A stretch of 63,193 nt of DNA, filler included, from Rhabdomonas costata (Eukaryota): the NCBI GenBank assembly GCA_019059605.1. It is 49 parts of 49 records of this genome, joined end to end, with 100 filler letters (N's around TTAATTAATTAA, not from the genome) between each part and the next. Parts side by side here need not be neighbours in the genome. Positions count along the whole stretch, not along the records: positions 1 to 1,192 come from JAHMHO010024197.1; positions 1,293 to 2,488 come from JAHMHO010024198.1; positions 2,589 to 3,781 come from JAHMHO010024199.1; positions 3,882 to 5,074 come from JAHMHO010024200.1; positions 5,175 to 6,353 come from JAHMHO010024201.1; positions 6,454 to 7,646 come from JAHMHO010024202.1; positions 7,747 to 8,940 come from JAHMHO010024203.1; positions 9,041 to 10,233 come from JAHMHO010024204.1; 41 more parts are not named here. One strand, given 5' to 3'. How positions within the stretch are numbered: position 1 is the first letter of the stretch; each line of letters starts with the position of its first letter. The position numbers were made by a program, and so were the translations under genes. The notes beneath the pieces were generated by a model, which was not told where the DNA came from, did not search any database, and saw only the letters and a list, made by a program, of their open reading frames with translations. Positions 1-11,868 of this stretch are shown here, one piece after another.

Positions 1-674
1 GTGTTGGGTGTGGTTGGGGGTTTTGGTGCTTCGTCTTTTAGCTATCCTACGTGCATTTTTCAGGCCATGTGCAGCAAACTATTTGCTACTCCTGGCAAAC
101 CGAGGAATTGATGTTTCTTAGTACACCAAAGGCGCCGTCTGTGTGTCAACAATGTGTGTGTGTGTGCTCGGACCTGCCCCGATGATGGAAATCAGAAGAA
201 ACCTAACAGCCAAAACGGCGGCAATATCAAGATGCTAAGTGTGTGCGTGAAAAGTCTGTTCAACATATGCTCTTTATGCTCTTTTATCGATCGAACGGAG
301 CTGAAGCCCCAACGTCTGGCACCGAGAGGCAGGGTGGGACCACACTTAGCGTGATAGTATTACTCCTGAATTGAGTACTCTGACAATTTCCCATTTTCAG
401 CCACATTTCCAAGGGACTGGGGCGCACTCTTTTTTTTTTGGACCCTTGCATTCTTTCGCCCCGAAAGACTTCACGCTGAAACGGAAACGGAGAGAGCCAA
501 AAAGTTTAGGTTTGAGCTGGACTCCACACCATCTTGGCCTGGGGGCTGCGGTGATGTTGCCACAATGCAGTTTGCTGGCTTGGCATATCGGCAGCGCTCC
601 CCGGGGTGCCGAACAGCTGATTTGCGTGGATGAATAGATGCGTGGGAGTGGGCGTGCGGGCGTGCTGCACAAGC

Positions 675-1192
675 CTGCTTGGCAACGGCATGGGTGATCA
701 GCACGGGCACCCCAAGTTCCTTGCAAGCGATCTTCTCCAGCGCAACGGCCTGGCTCACGGCCTCCCCCACCACGACAAACATCTGTAAGTACAACACGGA
801 TGGGTTGGGAATAATACGGAGGGGTTTCGGGTCACCACATTTGACGAAATGTCATGTCTGCGCACCTGAACGCCTTTGCACAAAAAGTGTTCGTTCCTTG
901 GCAGCCAGCTCCTTCACGCCATGCGACGGATGAGGGAGGTCTCTAACAGAAGAACAAGAGCCCGTGCTTATGACGACAGGGAAAGCTCCACCGATCAGCA
1001 CCCAGATTGATGGAAACATTTCGCTGGTAAGGGACAAGCACGCACACATACCTTCACCGTGTCGCTGCCCATCACCCCAAACGCCACTCGGGAGCTCGCA
1101 ATGCCCACCCTCAACTTGGGGCTGTTCCGCCCTCCTTGAGAAGCCCCCAGCGCAGATACAGAGGGGCCCCCAAGGCCAGGCCCAACCAACCC
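675..1192 (-). CDS. Class III nucleotidyl cyclase-like domain, catalytically degenerate (partial, spliced)
   Basis: Exon ending 1052 (..KLRVGIASSRVAFGVMGSDTVK|GT), phase-0 intron 1051-783, exon 782-675 (MFVVVGEAVSQAVALEKIACKELGVPVLITHAVAKQ). Matches the cyclase C-terminal pattern RxGIxxGxVxxGxxG..F/YxVxGDxVNxAxRLE..GVPILI. A possible further exon lies at 202-174 (VSSDFHHRG). Confidence 0.8.
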
Positions 1193-1292
1193 NNNNNNNN
1201 NNNNNNNNNNNNNNNNNNNNNNNNNNNNNNNNNNNNTTAATTAATTAANNNNNNNNNNNNNNNNNNNNNNNNNNNNNNNNNNNNNNNNNNNN
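1193..1292. other. Artificial contig linker (first of ~48): N44 + TTAATTAATTAA + N44
   Basis: An identical 100-nt spacer recurs every ~1.29 kb. TTAATTAATTAA gives stops in all six frames and flanking sequences are unrelated. ORFs ending in XXXLIN are artefacts of it. Confidence 0.99.
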
Positions 1293-2588
1293 AAGTACCT
1301 GGCTTTGATTACACTCAGCCGCCTTTCGCGGCGCGGGGCGGGGTCCTTCGCGACTCCCGCTTTTCTTCGGTGACCTGACGGTTGTGGTGCTTTCTCTTCC
1401 TGCTGGGGTGGCGGGGCTAAGAGGGTGCGAGGGCGCGCAAGCTTCAACTCCAAAACCCAAACCTCTTGGCAAACTGCCTGCGAGTGGGCTGCCCTTCCGC
1501 GTGTAGGGTGTGCTTTCGACTGCCTGATGCCTGTGGTGTGCTTTGGCTTCGCCCCTTCCAACTAACACGCGCACTTCAGGGGGGGGTGTGCCCTTTGGAC
1601 TTTCGCAGCTTTCCACTATTCCCGGCTTGTGCGTAGAAGCAAGGTGAGCACAGCAACAGCCAAACAGTACGAACAAGGCTAGTCCAGCCAAACACCGCAC
1701 GACTGACGATACACAGCTCCACCGCCAAAACCTTCACAAAACAGCTTGCGCTGCACCCTACGACCTCAACCCCTACAACCAAAACCCCAAACAAATGCAA
1801 GAAAGAGGAAATTAAACACACCAAACCTCAACCCATTGCATTACGCAATCACCAAACTCCTATTCCAACACGTCAGGTCAAAAAGCCACAAAACACTTCC
1901 AAAGCCCTTTTTGATTCTTCAACTCGATGTAGAAAGTCTTGAAGATTCCACTGAATGTAATCTTCTTCAAAATCCGCGGCAATCTCGACCAACACCACAT
2001 CGTCCCCGGAATCCCGCGAAATTATTTGCTCCACCGCGTTCTCCTCGTCGAACTCTTTCAAGATAGTTCTTGTACGAATGCCAACTCCTCTGCTTTCAAC
2101 CTTCCGCTTGCAATTTGATTTCTTTTTCCGACACGACCAGCTTCCTACTGAGCCTCCGGCGCTCCAACTCTACGAAAACCGCCTCTCACCTCAATTTCTC
2201 GGCTACTTTCTCTTCTCCTTGCTTTCCTTCATCTTACGAACCTGCAATATTCTGAGAACACCGCTTCTTCCTTTTGGCTGCCCTTCCCTTTGCCTCCTGG
2301 CTTCTCTTTCGCTCGGCTTTTTGCTCAAACTCCGCCTTTTGACTGCTGCTACTGCTGGCTCTTTTGCTTCTCTTTTGCTCCCTCCATTTTTATCCCTGCT
2401 TCTCGCTGTCTCTCTTTCTCTCCGCTTCGGCCTCCTTTGTCCCACTTTTCTCTCTCCTGATATATGCTCTCGCTCTCTGCTTCTGGCTNNNNNNNNNNNN
2501 NNNNNNNNNNNNNNNNNNNNNNNNNNNNNNNNTTAATTAATTAANNNNNNNNNNNNNNNNNNNNNNNNNNNNNNNNNNNNNNNNNNNN

Positions 2589-3240
2589 GTTGGGGGGGAG
2601 CTGAAGTAAAATGACCTCCAGATCCGAATCGCACCACTTTGTGTGGAAGGTTCGATTGCTTCCTGATCCGCGCCGTGTGGGCACACTGAAATGCATACAC
2701 CACAAATGGGTCATCCTCATGAACGGCATTGAGGTCCCATTGCGATTTGATTTCCTCAAAATTCTGGTCCACATCCCTTTCAGCAGGCGCGCAGTCCTGA
2801 TCCACGGCTTGCTGTTGGTGAGCCAGGCATTGGAATCTCCCAGTGGAAACCTCAGTTCTTGTTCCAATTCCCGTTGTTCCTCTACTTGAAGAACGGGGTC
2901 ATCAGCCTGCCCATGCGGGGGGAGCTGGCCTTCGGGGTCCAGCTCCCTCGTCTCGAAGGGGTTCAGCTGGAGTGGCCGACGGGCCTCATCTTCTTCCGGG
3001 TGCTGGCCGGGATGGCAATCTCAAAGGTGTTCTTCGTAATCTGCCTCTTGATCTTGTCAGGACCAACGGCATTCGGTGCCGGCTTCATCCCAATGGCGAC
3101 GCTATGGGGGATTTTATCCCGATCCCTTGTTGAGGATTGGAACGAGCAGCGGTCCGCATCCCTCGGTCTTAGTTTCCGGGTTTCCAGGCGGAGCAGCCAC
3201 CCCGGTATCCGGTTGCCAAGCCGGTTCGAGACACTCTAGA
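2589..3240 (-). mobile_element. Decayed Ty3/gypsy integrase C-terminus (GPY/F region) with downstream extension
   Basis: Minus-strand ~3090-2963 reads KPAPNAVGPDKIKRQITKNTFEIAIPASTRKKMRPVGHSS*, matching the GPY/F motif (KLxPxxxGP[YF]xI....xxLxLP..xHPVFHxSxL). Stops and frameshifts are present. Confidence 0.7.
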
Positions 3241-4244
3241 TCCCACGCCGTCACTAGCTGCACTTTTTCACTCTTGCATCCTTTGTTTCCTTCTCTCACG
3301 ACAGTGCCTCTCTTTTTCTCTTTTGGACGGCGAAAGCCACACCTACTTGACCTCTCTCTGGTCACACCTACGTGATTTGGGCCGTGACAGTTCACTCCTT
3401 CCTCGGCAAGGAGTCGGGCGCCAAGCGGCCGCATGGGAGGAAGCCCCTGTTTTCCATGGGCAAAGGCGCCGTTCGCCCAGCCGCCGGGGTTTGCGCGCCC
3501 CGCCAAGATTACGAAGTGGGAATAATTACCGGCACCGATAATATTTGGGGATAAAGGAACCTAGTCGTAGCCGTCATTCCCCCGGTTCTTTACGTTCTGT
3601 TCTTAACGTTCTGTTCTTAACGTCCTTTTTCAAGGGGGCGGGTGAAGCAACTTTCTGCACAAAAACCTCCGGAACGAACGGGGTGAATGGCACTCCCACG
3701 GTGGAGAGACGATGCGCAGAAATAAAAGCAAACACCCCGCGATCAAACAACCTTTTCCACACCAAACCAAACACACCCACANNNNNNNNNNNNNNNNNNN
3801 NNNNNNNNNNNNNNNNNNNNNNNNNTTAATTAATTAANNNNNNNNNNNNNNNNNNNNNNNNNNNNNNNNNNNNNNNNNNNNGGTTGGTGTGGGCGGAGCT
3901 TTTGCTTCCTCTCGCTACCCCTTTCCTGTTTCGCATCGGAAGGACCTTCGAGCAATGTTTGATCGAGTATGTCAGTAGAAGAAGAGAACGTTCTCATATC
4001 CTGATGATCCCTTTTCTTTGAAGAAGAATATTTTGTTGTTGTATCTTTATCTGTGGTGGTTGCTCTTTCGTCTCACCCGAAATCGGCTCCTGGATCCCCG
4101 GCACTCTGTTTAGAGGCAGTATTCTCAAAGTACGTGAATTGCTTTCAATCTGTTTGCCCTCTTATCTGATCCCCTTGCATTTTTCTTAACTCTCCTTTCG
4201 TTTCATTTTTTCGTGAATATCTGGTTTGACTTTCCCCTTCGCAG

Positions 4245-4542
4245 GCTTCGGGACTGCTTTGAGCTGGATGTCAACTTTGATCTCCCAGACGCCCTCCAAA
4301 CCTTGGAGCTGCTTGGGGTGATCAGGCGCGTGGGCCCTGAGAAGTGGGCCGTGGCCTCCACTGCGGAGGTGGTACGAAGCCTGCGGGACCATTTGAGACG
4401 GTTCTGTGACGCCGACGGTGGTGTGGTAGCGGGTCATTCTCAGGTGCCCGAACCTCAGCGGCACGAGCGGCTGCCGTGGCTACGGCACAAACCCCCGAAA
4501 CTACCTTTCAGTAGGGGCAGCCCCTCTACGCCGTCCGGGTGA
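4245..4542 (+). CDS. TMEM143/DUF3754-family protein, terminal exon
   Basis: Polypyrimidine + CAG acceptor at 4244, then LRDCFELDVNFDLPDALQTLELLGVIRRVGPEKWAVASTAEVVRSL, resembling the DUF3754 C-terminal xVDFDxxDALxKLxxLGLV motif; TGA at 4540-4542. Confidence 0.7.
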
Positions 4543-6657
4543 CGCCCAGTTGCGGCGGAGGGTCTAACAGTCAGTGCATTGCTTGCTTTTTATTCCTCTC
4601 GACTGCGGAGTTGGTGTCCATTGTCCGTCGGCGCTGCTCTGTTGGCCCATCGCACGCGGTGATATACGTTTCACGTGGCAGAGAATGGCTTGAGTAACCA
4701 GCGACGACGATATTGATCTCATTCAATGCACGATTCTGCGTCTCGGCGCACTGACACACAAATCGGTGGTAGGAAAAGGCTCCGTCACTTCTGAGACGCC
4801 GGATAAAAAACAAACACCTCTGGGACCCTAAAGTGGATACGTGCCCCATGAATTTCGCCTTGCTGCTTGAATTCGACAGTCCCAGGAACTCGTGTTTGTC
4901 CTGCGTACGACCGCAACGATAACCACCCCAGCCACGCCAAGCCAAATGCCACAAGACGCCGACGTGGGCAACCCAGCACGCTCTTGGTTCGAAACGTCCT
5001 TTGACGTGTCCTTTTCTTTTTTCAAGAGTTACCTTCGTCATTGTTTCCGTGGAAGGCCTGTCTCCCAAAAAACANNNNNNNNNNNNNNNNNNNNNNNNNN
5101 NNNNNNNNNNNNNNNNNNTTAATTAATTAANNNNNNNNNNNNNNNNNNNNNNNNNNNNNNNNNNNNNNNNNNNNGTGTGGGGTGAACCGGGAGCTTCGAT
5201 GTAACATTTGTAGTGTATGTACTGTGCTTGCCACTCTATGCACTGTCATTCGGACCCTTCCCCCTTCCACAAAATCGTTCCAGTGCGGCAAGCACAGTAC
5301 ATACACTACAAATGTTACATCGAAGCTCCCGGTTCTCCGCACTCCAAAAGACGCCGAAAATTGCGGAGACTACCGAAAGCTGTGCAATTGGTGGCAACAA
5401 CGCAGGCGCAGACAAGAAAAGGGTGCCACTGCTGACGAGGACAGCTGAGGCATGGAAGACGCAAAAAAATGCAACGGGCAGAGAGGAGGGAGGTGCTCTC
5501 TCGGGCCCAGTGGGCTACATTCGCTGGCTGAAGAGGAGAAGCTTCAACCCGGCCTGAAGAGCGAGTGGAGCACACGGTAAACTGTGCAAGCCAGACATGA
5601 ACCACACATTAAGACGGCTTTCAAATGCAGATGGACGCTCCATTTTGCTGACTTCAGAATTATTCAGACAAACTTAAATAAGCTTCAGACAGGGCCTCTT
5701 ATTGAAAAAAATTCCACCATAAATTTTCTTCAGTTTTTTGCATGTTTTTTTTTTTTTGCAAAATTGGAAGGGCGAACTTTTACTGGGCTGGAGAGGGGGT
5801 GGGCTCTTGTCCCGCGTCGAAAAACGCTTTTAGCACGCAGAGAAGGCGCTTAGGAGATGGGCTGCAATGTGGCCAAAGACGACCGAGTGCATGTGCCAAT
5901 GAGGGAGAATCCTTTTGCGATGGTATTCTCCACGTTGCGTTGCATGATATTTTGCGAATGTTGGGACCTCAAACCGCACGGGAACTTCGTAGGCTAGGCA
6001 CAACATGCTACCCTGTGAGATTTCCGCAAAACATAGGTTCAGTTGGGTAGATTTGTTCTGGTACAGAAAAAAGGACTGGAAATTTCTTCTCAGTTTTTAC
6101 ATAAAATAAAAGGCCAAGCACTTAAAGCACGACACAAAACAATACCAACACAATACACACCACGAAACACAGCTACATCTCCCATGCACCGTTCTAAGTT
6201 TTATGCGTTTTAACTAGAAGAGAATTGAGCAGGCTGGGGTGAGTTCCGGTAGGTAGGCGGGAGCTTGCGCAAATGGCTCCATCCCCCTAATCGGAAACAC
6301 CACTGCAAATTGGAGGGCCACAGGCAAGGTAAATTCAATTCAGCCCACACACANNNNNNNNNNNNNNNNNNNNNNNNNNNNNNNNNNNNNNNNNNNNTTA
6401 ATTAATTAANNNNNNNNNNNNNNNNNNNNNNNNNNNNNNNNNNNNNNNNNNNNGTTTTGTTTGAACGCGAGTGTGCAGAAGGTCACGGAGATATGAAGAC
6501 GTCCCATGAATGCACCGGTCCCCTCCTCCTCCTCCTCTTCCTCCCAATTGAGCCACACTGAGCTTCCGGATAAACAACACATCAGCTGAACACAAAAAAA
6601 CTGTCAATAGGTCCATCGGTCCATGGGTCCATAAGCGCAGCATTTCTGTGAAGGAAA

Positions 6658-7646
6658 TCACGGTGCATGTGCGCGCTCGACGGACGCTTTCGAGTCCCCA
6701 GCTGACACCGACACCGCGGTCACCTTAGACTGGGGAGCAGCCGCAGCCGTCACGGCGGCTCGGGGAGCGGGGGAGATCACCACGCTACCGGCAGGGCAGT
6801 CCCCTGCCGCAGGGACTACCTGCACGTGGAGGTTCTTGCCCGCCATGCGCCGCGAGACGAACTGCAGGTTTTGAGAGACTGCTTCGCTGGTGATCGTGCC
6901 TGCCAGGTAAGCCAGGGTGGGGTGGGGTGGGGTGGAGAAGAATCCCTCCTTAAGCCTGCTCTGGCTGGGATGGGGAAAACAACTCGGAATTCAATCTCTG
7001 CATCAGGTTTATTTCTCTGGATTCAGCGCTGCCAATGGCTCTTCTGTCCTACACTCACATCCACACCCACAGCCACTTGGACGGCTTGCCCTCCCACATG
7101 GACATGGTTTATGCTATTCCCGCGCAACCGATATCTATCCAGCCAAACGAAAAAATTACACAGGTTTTTTAAAACAAAATGAAGACCCATCATTGAGGTG
7201 TGACTCCCCTCCGGGCCTTTTGTTTTTTGTAACCAGGTCTGAGCCGGTAGCCAGAAGAGAGAGAGGCCAGTTAGAAACGTCAGTTATCAAACCGCTCTAC
7301 ACAAACACAGAAGCTGCGCAGCAGCTCCATTTTTCCATAAGAATCATTTGTTTTGCATTCCCAACCTCCAGAACTCACATTGGAATATGGTCCCATTTCA
7401 ACCCATCAGGGAGTGGCCTGCATAGGGGCTTTCGAATTGCAGGAGTTCACCTATGTTGGTTTCGTAGCACAGCGGGATGAACTTTCCGTGGAGAGACTGC
7501 TCCTCAATCCATGCGGCCAGAGCCTGGGCCTGCTCCTCAATCTCCACCAGGGCCTCGTTTTCCGCTTTCTGTGCGAGTACACAGCCCAAGCGACCGTTGA
7601 CGATGCAGCGCAGATTCTTTCGTGTGCGCGTCTGTGATAAGTGCAA
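6658..7646 (-). CDS. Hypothetical protein, last two exons
   Basis: Exon 7646-7451 ends phase 1 (..CYETNI G|GT) and exon 6899-6658 resumes in the compatible phase (G TITSEAVSQNLQFVSRRMAGK..*). No family recognised. Confidence 0.55.
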
Positions 7647-9582
7647 NNNNNNNNNNNNNNNNNNNNNNNNNNNNNNNNNNNNNNNNNNNNTTAATTAATT
7701 AANNNNNNNNNNNNNNNNNNNNNNNNNNNNNNNNNNNNNNNNNNNNCATTACACCAGGACCTTGCTGCTTCATCCTGGCAGCTGACATAAGCTGCAGAAA
7801 ATTCTGTGAGCAGAAACATAAAATTCCGCTTGCGCACACAGGCACGCCGTTTGCAGGCTGAGGCTTGGGCACAGCAGCGCGAGGCTTCGAGGCACCTGCG
7901 GAAATAAAAAATGAGGTAGGGACAAGGCGGTGTCCACCGGAAGGACAGCACAGAGCAGGTGACAGTGGGAGACAGGGAGCACGTGTTCACAATGTAAGAT
8001 GCCGACCGGTACAAGGAGAACCTCAATTGCATTCCTCGTCTTGGCACCACAAAATCAGACAAAATCAATGAGAGAATCCCAAGTCCTACCATCAGGACAT
8101 GTTTCAAAACCCGACGAGGAGGAAGTGAAGTGTACGCATGGTTAGATGGAGAGATTCCAAATGTCAATTACCATGGGACCCACGCCATGCAGAAGCCCAT
8201 ACATCCACTATTATACGGGTGGTTGTCGAAAGTATACAGTAACTACCCCATATCATACTCATCTTCACCGCAACCCCCCCCCCCGTCCCAACCGCTGATT
8301 TAGTGCAGTATGTGCGTGCGCACGTCACAGGAGCAAACCAGCGGCTTCGTTGTTGGAGTTCCCACTGCTGCTGCCGCTGCTGCTGCTGCTGCGGCTCTCG
8401 CAGTCCTCCGGGGTGAAGTCAATTGCAAAGGCTGCGTCTGCGGCCTGGTTGGCCAGCCTCATCCATTTAGGAGTGACTGAACCCAGGCACAGCAACAAAC
8501 AAGCATAACGCCCCACAATAACTTTGCTAACTATCCGTGTCGAAACTCTGTCAGGCGCTAAATACAAAGTGAGCAATGCAAATGGAGGACATTTCCCCTC
8601 CAACAGGCTCCATAGCAATGCGAAAGGTATCATTTACCCCTGCAGGAAAATGCTATTAGTGCAGCTTTGACCTTGTAAAGTGATTCGGACAACGGAAAAG
8701 GAAAAAAAAAAGGAAAAGGAGATCGCAGTCGACGCACGCCTTGACGCTTTGGCCTAAAAAACGCAGGCCCCGCCCAAACGCAGCGAGCGCACACTGAATC
8801 AATGGGCACAATGTGCGCGCGGAATCGGCAAAACCATGCAGGCCCGGCGTCTTTTCTATGTACAGTACGGAAGCAGGGCACAAGACAACTCGAAACTGCA
8901 ATCAAGGTGTTCCGTGGCCGATAATTGAAAAAAAACCCCCNNNNNNNNNNNNNNNNNNNNNNNNNNNNNNNNNNNNNNNNNNNNTTAATTAATTAANNNN
9001 NNNNNNNNNNNNNNNNNNNNNNNNNNNNNNNNNNNNNNNNGTTGTGGGGTGATTGATTATGAGCAAGAAAGAAATTGAAAATGAAACAAAAAGCTGCCAT
9101 GTATATTGGGTACCTGCTTTTCTTGCACTTTCACTTTCACTTCCTCTTCTCAGCGATGCACTTGAATTTCCCGTTGTAATGCGCCAGCAATTTGGGGAAG
9201 GAGCAAGGGTAGTTGTGAAAAGAAACGGGTTCTTGTCACAATACTGCACCCCCTTCCCCTCCCCAGAAGTTGCGATATCCCTCCCATTGTGCAGGAGTCA
9301 CGCTGCAGGTACTGCAGTATCCGTGCATGATGCCGGTGAGTAGTTGGTGATGCTCAGGATACGAGGCGAAGCACTTTCGGGGGGCATTGGGAGGTCCGCA
9401 ACTTGACTAATTATGAGGCGGTGCCCGGGTTAGAAGGCGATGCACTCATGTGGGGGGGCACCCCCGGCAACTTGCCTCGGCGCGGGAGGGGGGGTGCAGT
9501 ATCGTGACAATTTCCGAGAAAGAAAAGACCGCAGTGGACGGACACAACCAGCGCACACGGACACGGACACGCACACGCTCAG

Positions 9583-9956
9583 ACGGAGACGATTATCCGC
9601 TCCGGGATCAGCAAATTTCCTGCGGAGGTTGGGCAGTTGTGGTGCGCCCTGGCGGACTTCAACATTCGCCTGGGCCGCTTTGAGGTCGCCCGGGACGTCT
9701 ACGAGGAGGGCATTACATCGGTGCGAGTGCGTGAGGGAACTGTCAAAGAACTGCAAAAAAGTCAAAGAAGGGAACACCGGTGTCTGTAGCGGTAATGCTG
9801 CATGCGGCTGTCTGCTTACGTCTATCTCGGATGGCAACAACCGTTGTGGTGTGACTATCACTGCTTCTCTTGCTCAACAAGGTAACCACGGTGAAGGACT
9901 TCACTCAAATTTACGACGCTTACGCTCAATTTGAAGAAAGCCTTCTGACTGCGAAG
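9583..9956 (+). CDS. SYF1: Pre-mRNA splicing factor SYF1/XAB2 (HAT repeats), internal exons
   Basis: Exons 9583-9720 (TETIIRSGISKFPAEVGQLWCALADFNIRLGRFEVARDVYEEGITS) and 9882-9956 (VTTVKDFTQIYDAYAQFEESLLTAK), joined by a GT-AG intron. Strong match to the SYF1 LW..LADY.IR.G.FE.ARDVYEE...V.TVRDF..IFDAY.QFEES motif. Confidence 0.93.
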
Positions 9957-10413
9957 GTCCACGCTTTGGTACGCGCTGCTCTCACTTGAATTCACTCTTT
10001 TTTCACTCTTTTTTTTCCCCAACCTGCTGATGACCGGGGTCGGTTTCTCATATTTCAGTATAAGGCTGCAGCAACTTGAGTTGTGATGCCTTTTAGTTCA
10101 TGTGGATCCAAAGTGTCTTCTTCTTCATTGTACGCCTCCAGAGGGCTCTCCTGAACGGTATCGGTGGCTGAGGAAAGACATCGTTTACAGTTTGTTTTCG
10201 AGTTCACCATGGCAAGAGACACACCCAAACACCNNNNNNNNNNNNNNNNNNNNNNNNNNNNNNNNNNNNNNNNNNNNTTAATTAATTAANNNNNNNNNNN
10301 NNNNNNNNNNNNNNNNNNNNNNNNNNNNNNNNNGGGGGGGTGGGGATTTCAGTTGCTTTCTGAGTCCTTTCAAGACTGGCAGTGGGCTACATTCCCTTTT
10401 GTGGCTTTTACAG

Positions 10414-10735
10414 CGCCTACAATGATCCACGAGCAAAGCTGGTGATTGCCGACGCCCTGGAATACCTGAATAAATCTCCCGATGTACGTCTCCATTTTGT
10501 GCACTTATCTGGCGGAATTTGTTGCCAAAGGATGTATTCTCATGTCTTCCGGTGTTTCAGATGTCCTTTGATGTGATCATCTTGGACTTGTGCGACCCCC
10601 TCGAAGGCACACCATGCTGCATGCTCTACACGGAGGAGTTCTACACCATGTGCAAAAAGAAGCTCACGGACACTGGCGTCCTGATCACCCAGTCTGGGTG
10701 CGCCAGCGTGCACGAAGCCGATAGCTCCTCCGTGG
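10414..10735 (+). CDS. Polyamine aminopropyltransferase, thermospermine synthase (ACL5)-like, internal exons
   Basis: Exons 10414-10483 (AYNDPRAKLVIADALEYLNKSPD) and 10561-10735 (MSFDVIILDLCDPLEGTPCCMLYTEEFY..KKKLTDTGVLITQSG). The DLxDPxEGxPCxxLYT signature is ACL5-type rather than the DSSDPxGPA of eukaryotic spermidine synthases. Confidence 0.85.
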
Positions 10736-11868
10736 GTGCGTTCCCTTATCTGACACCCTACATTCCATTGAAGCTGTCAACGTTGGAACTTTCTCTGAAA
10801 CTTTCAATGAAATTTGTGTTTTAACTTTCAGTGAAACCTTCAATCAATATTTTCTTCGTCGTCTTTTCTCGCAAAAGAAGAAACCCAAGGTCCTGTCTGG
10901 GACCGATTCTTAGTCAGTGGTGGCAAGGTAGACGGGACCGCTAAGCCCAGGTGCAAAAAGTTATGATGCCCCTGGTGAATTTGAGGTTCTTCTTTCGTGT
11001 TTTTGTTTTGGTGACCGGGTGTCGACGAAAGGAACAGCAGGTCGACGAAAGGTTCAGCAGTCCAATTAGTTCAACGAAGTTCAACCAAGAAAAAGAAACG
11101 AAAGGAAAGAAATCCGTTTCATTGATGGACCATTTTTAGGTTGGGGTATTTTTGAGCGAGCGAGCGAGAGAATTGCAATCCTGTGATCCTCTCACTCCTT
11201 CACTCCTTATGTGAGAGAGTGTTAGAGTGTTCACTCTGCAGTTTTGGTACCCTGAAGAAGCTTTGCTGTTTTTCTGCGTTTTCTTGGGGGTTGATATCCG
11301 TGTTAGAAAAAGGATACCTGTCTCAACAATCAAGGATCCCGGAACCCGGAACCCGGAACCTCCACTACCACTAATTTCCAAATTCCTGACTCCAAGAGAG
11401 AAAATTGTAACTGAAACGAAGGAGGCTGTCCCCAAGTCAAGAATGAAAACCATGCATTGCTCGGGGTTTTCAAGGTCTTCTGTGAAGTTATTCAGACAAG
11501 CACGGCCGAATTCGACCAAAACCCCCNNNNNNNNNNNNNNNNNNNNNNNNNNNNNNNNNNNNNNNNNNNNTTAATTAATTAANNNNNNNNNNNNNNNNNN
11601 NNNNNNNNNNNNNNNNNNNNNNNNNNGTTTTGGATGGCTGTGGCGTTGTTGAGTAGGAGGGGGGGGGGTGAAGGGGCATCTGCACATGGAACAGCCCGAG
11701 ACGAAGAAAGATTGTCCTTTAAATTCAGTAGAAATGGGTGAGGGGTCTTTTTGAAACCCACACCCAGTGCCGTCCCACACATCTCATCACCCGAATTCTG
11801 CGCCCATGCGCCCATGTGATTATCGCCAGTCTCTCTCGAGGGCGCCCCCGAACCCTTTCTTTGGATCC

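Noticed and set aside
1873-2488. Charged minus-strand frame ending in a chromodomain-like segment (NAVEQIISRD..VLVEI..)
   Set aside because: Aromatic-cage residues are missing and the frame has several stops; possibly a transposon relic but not supportable.
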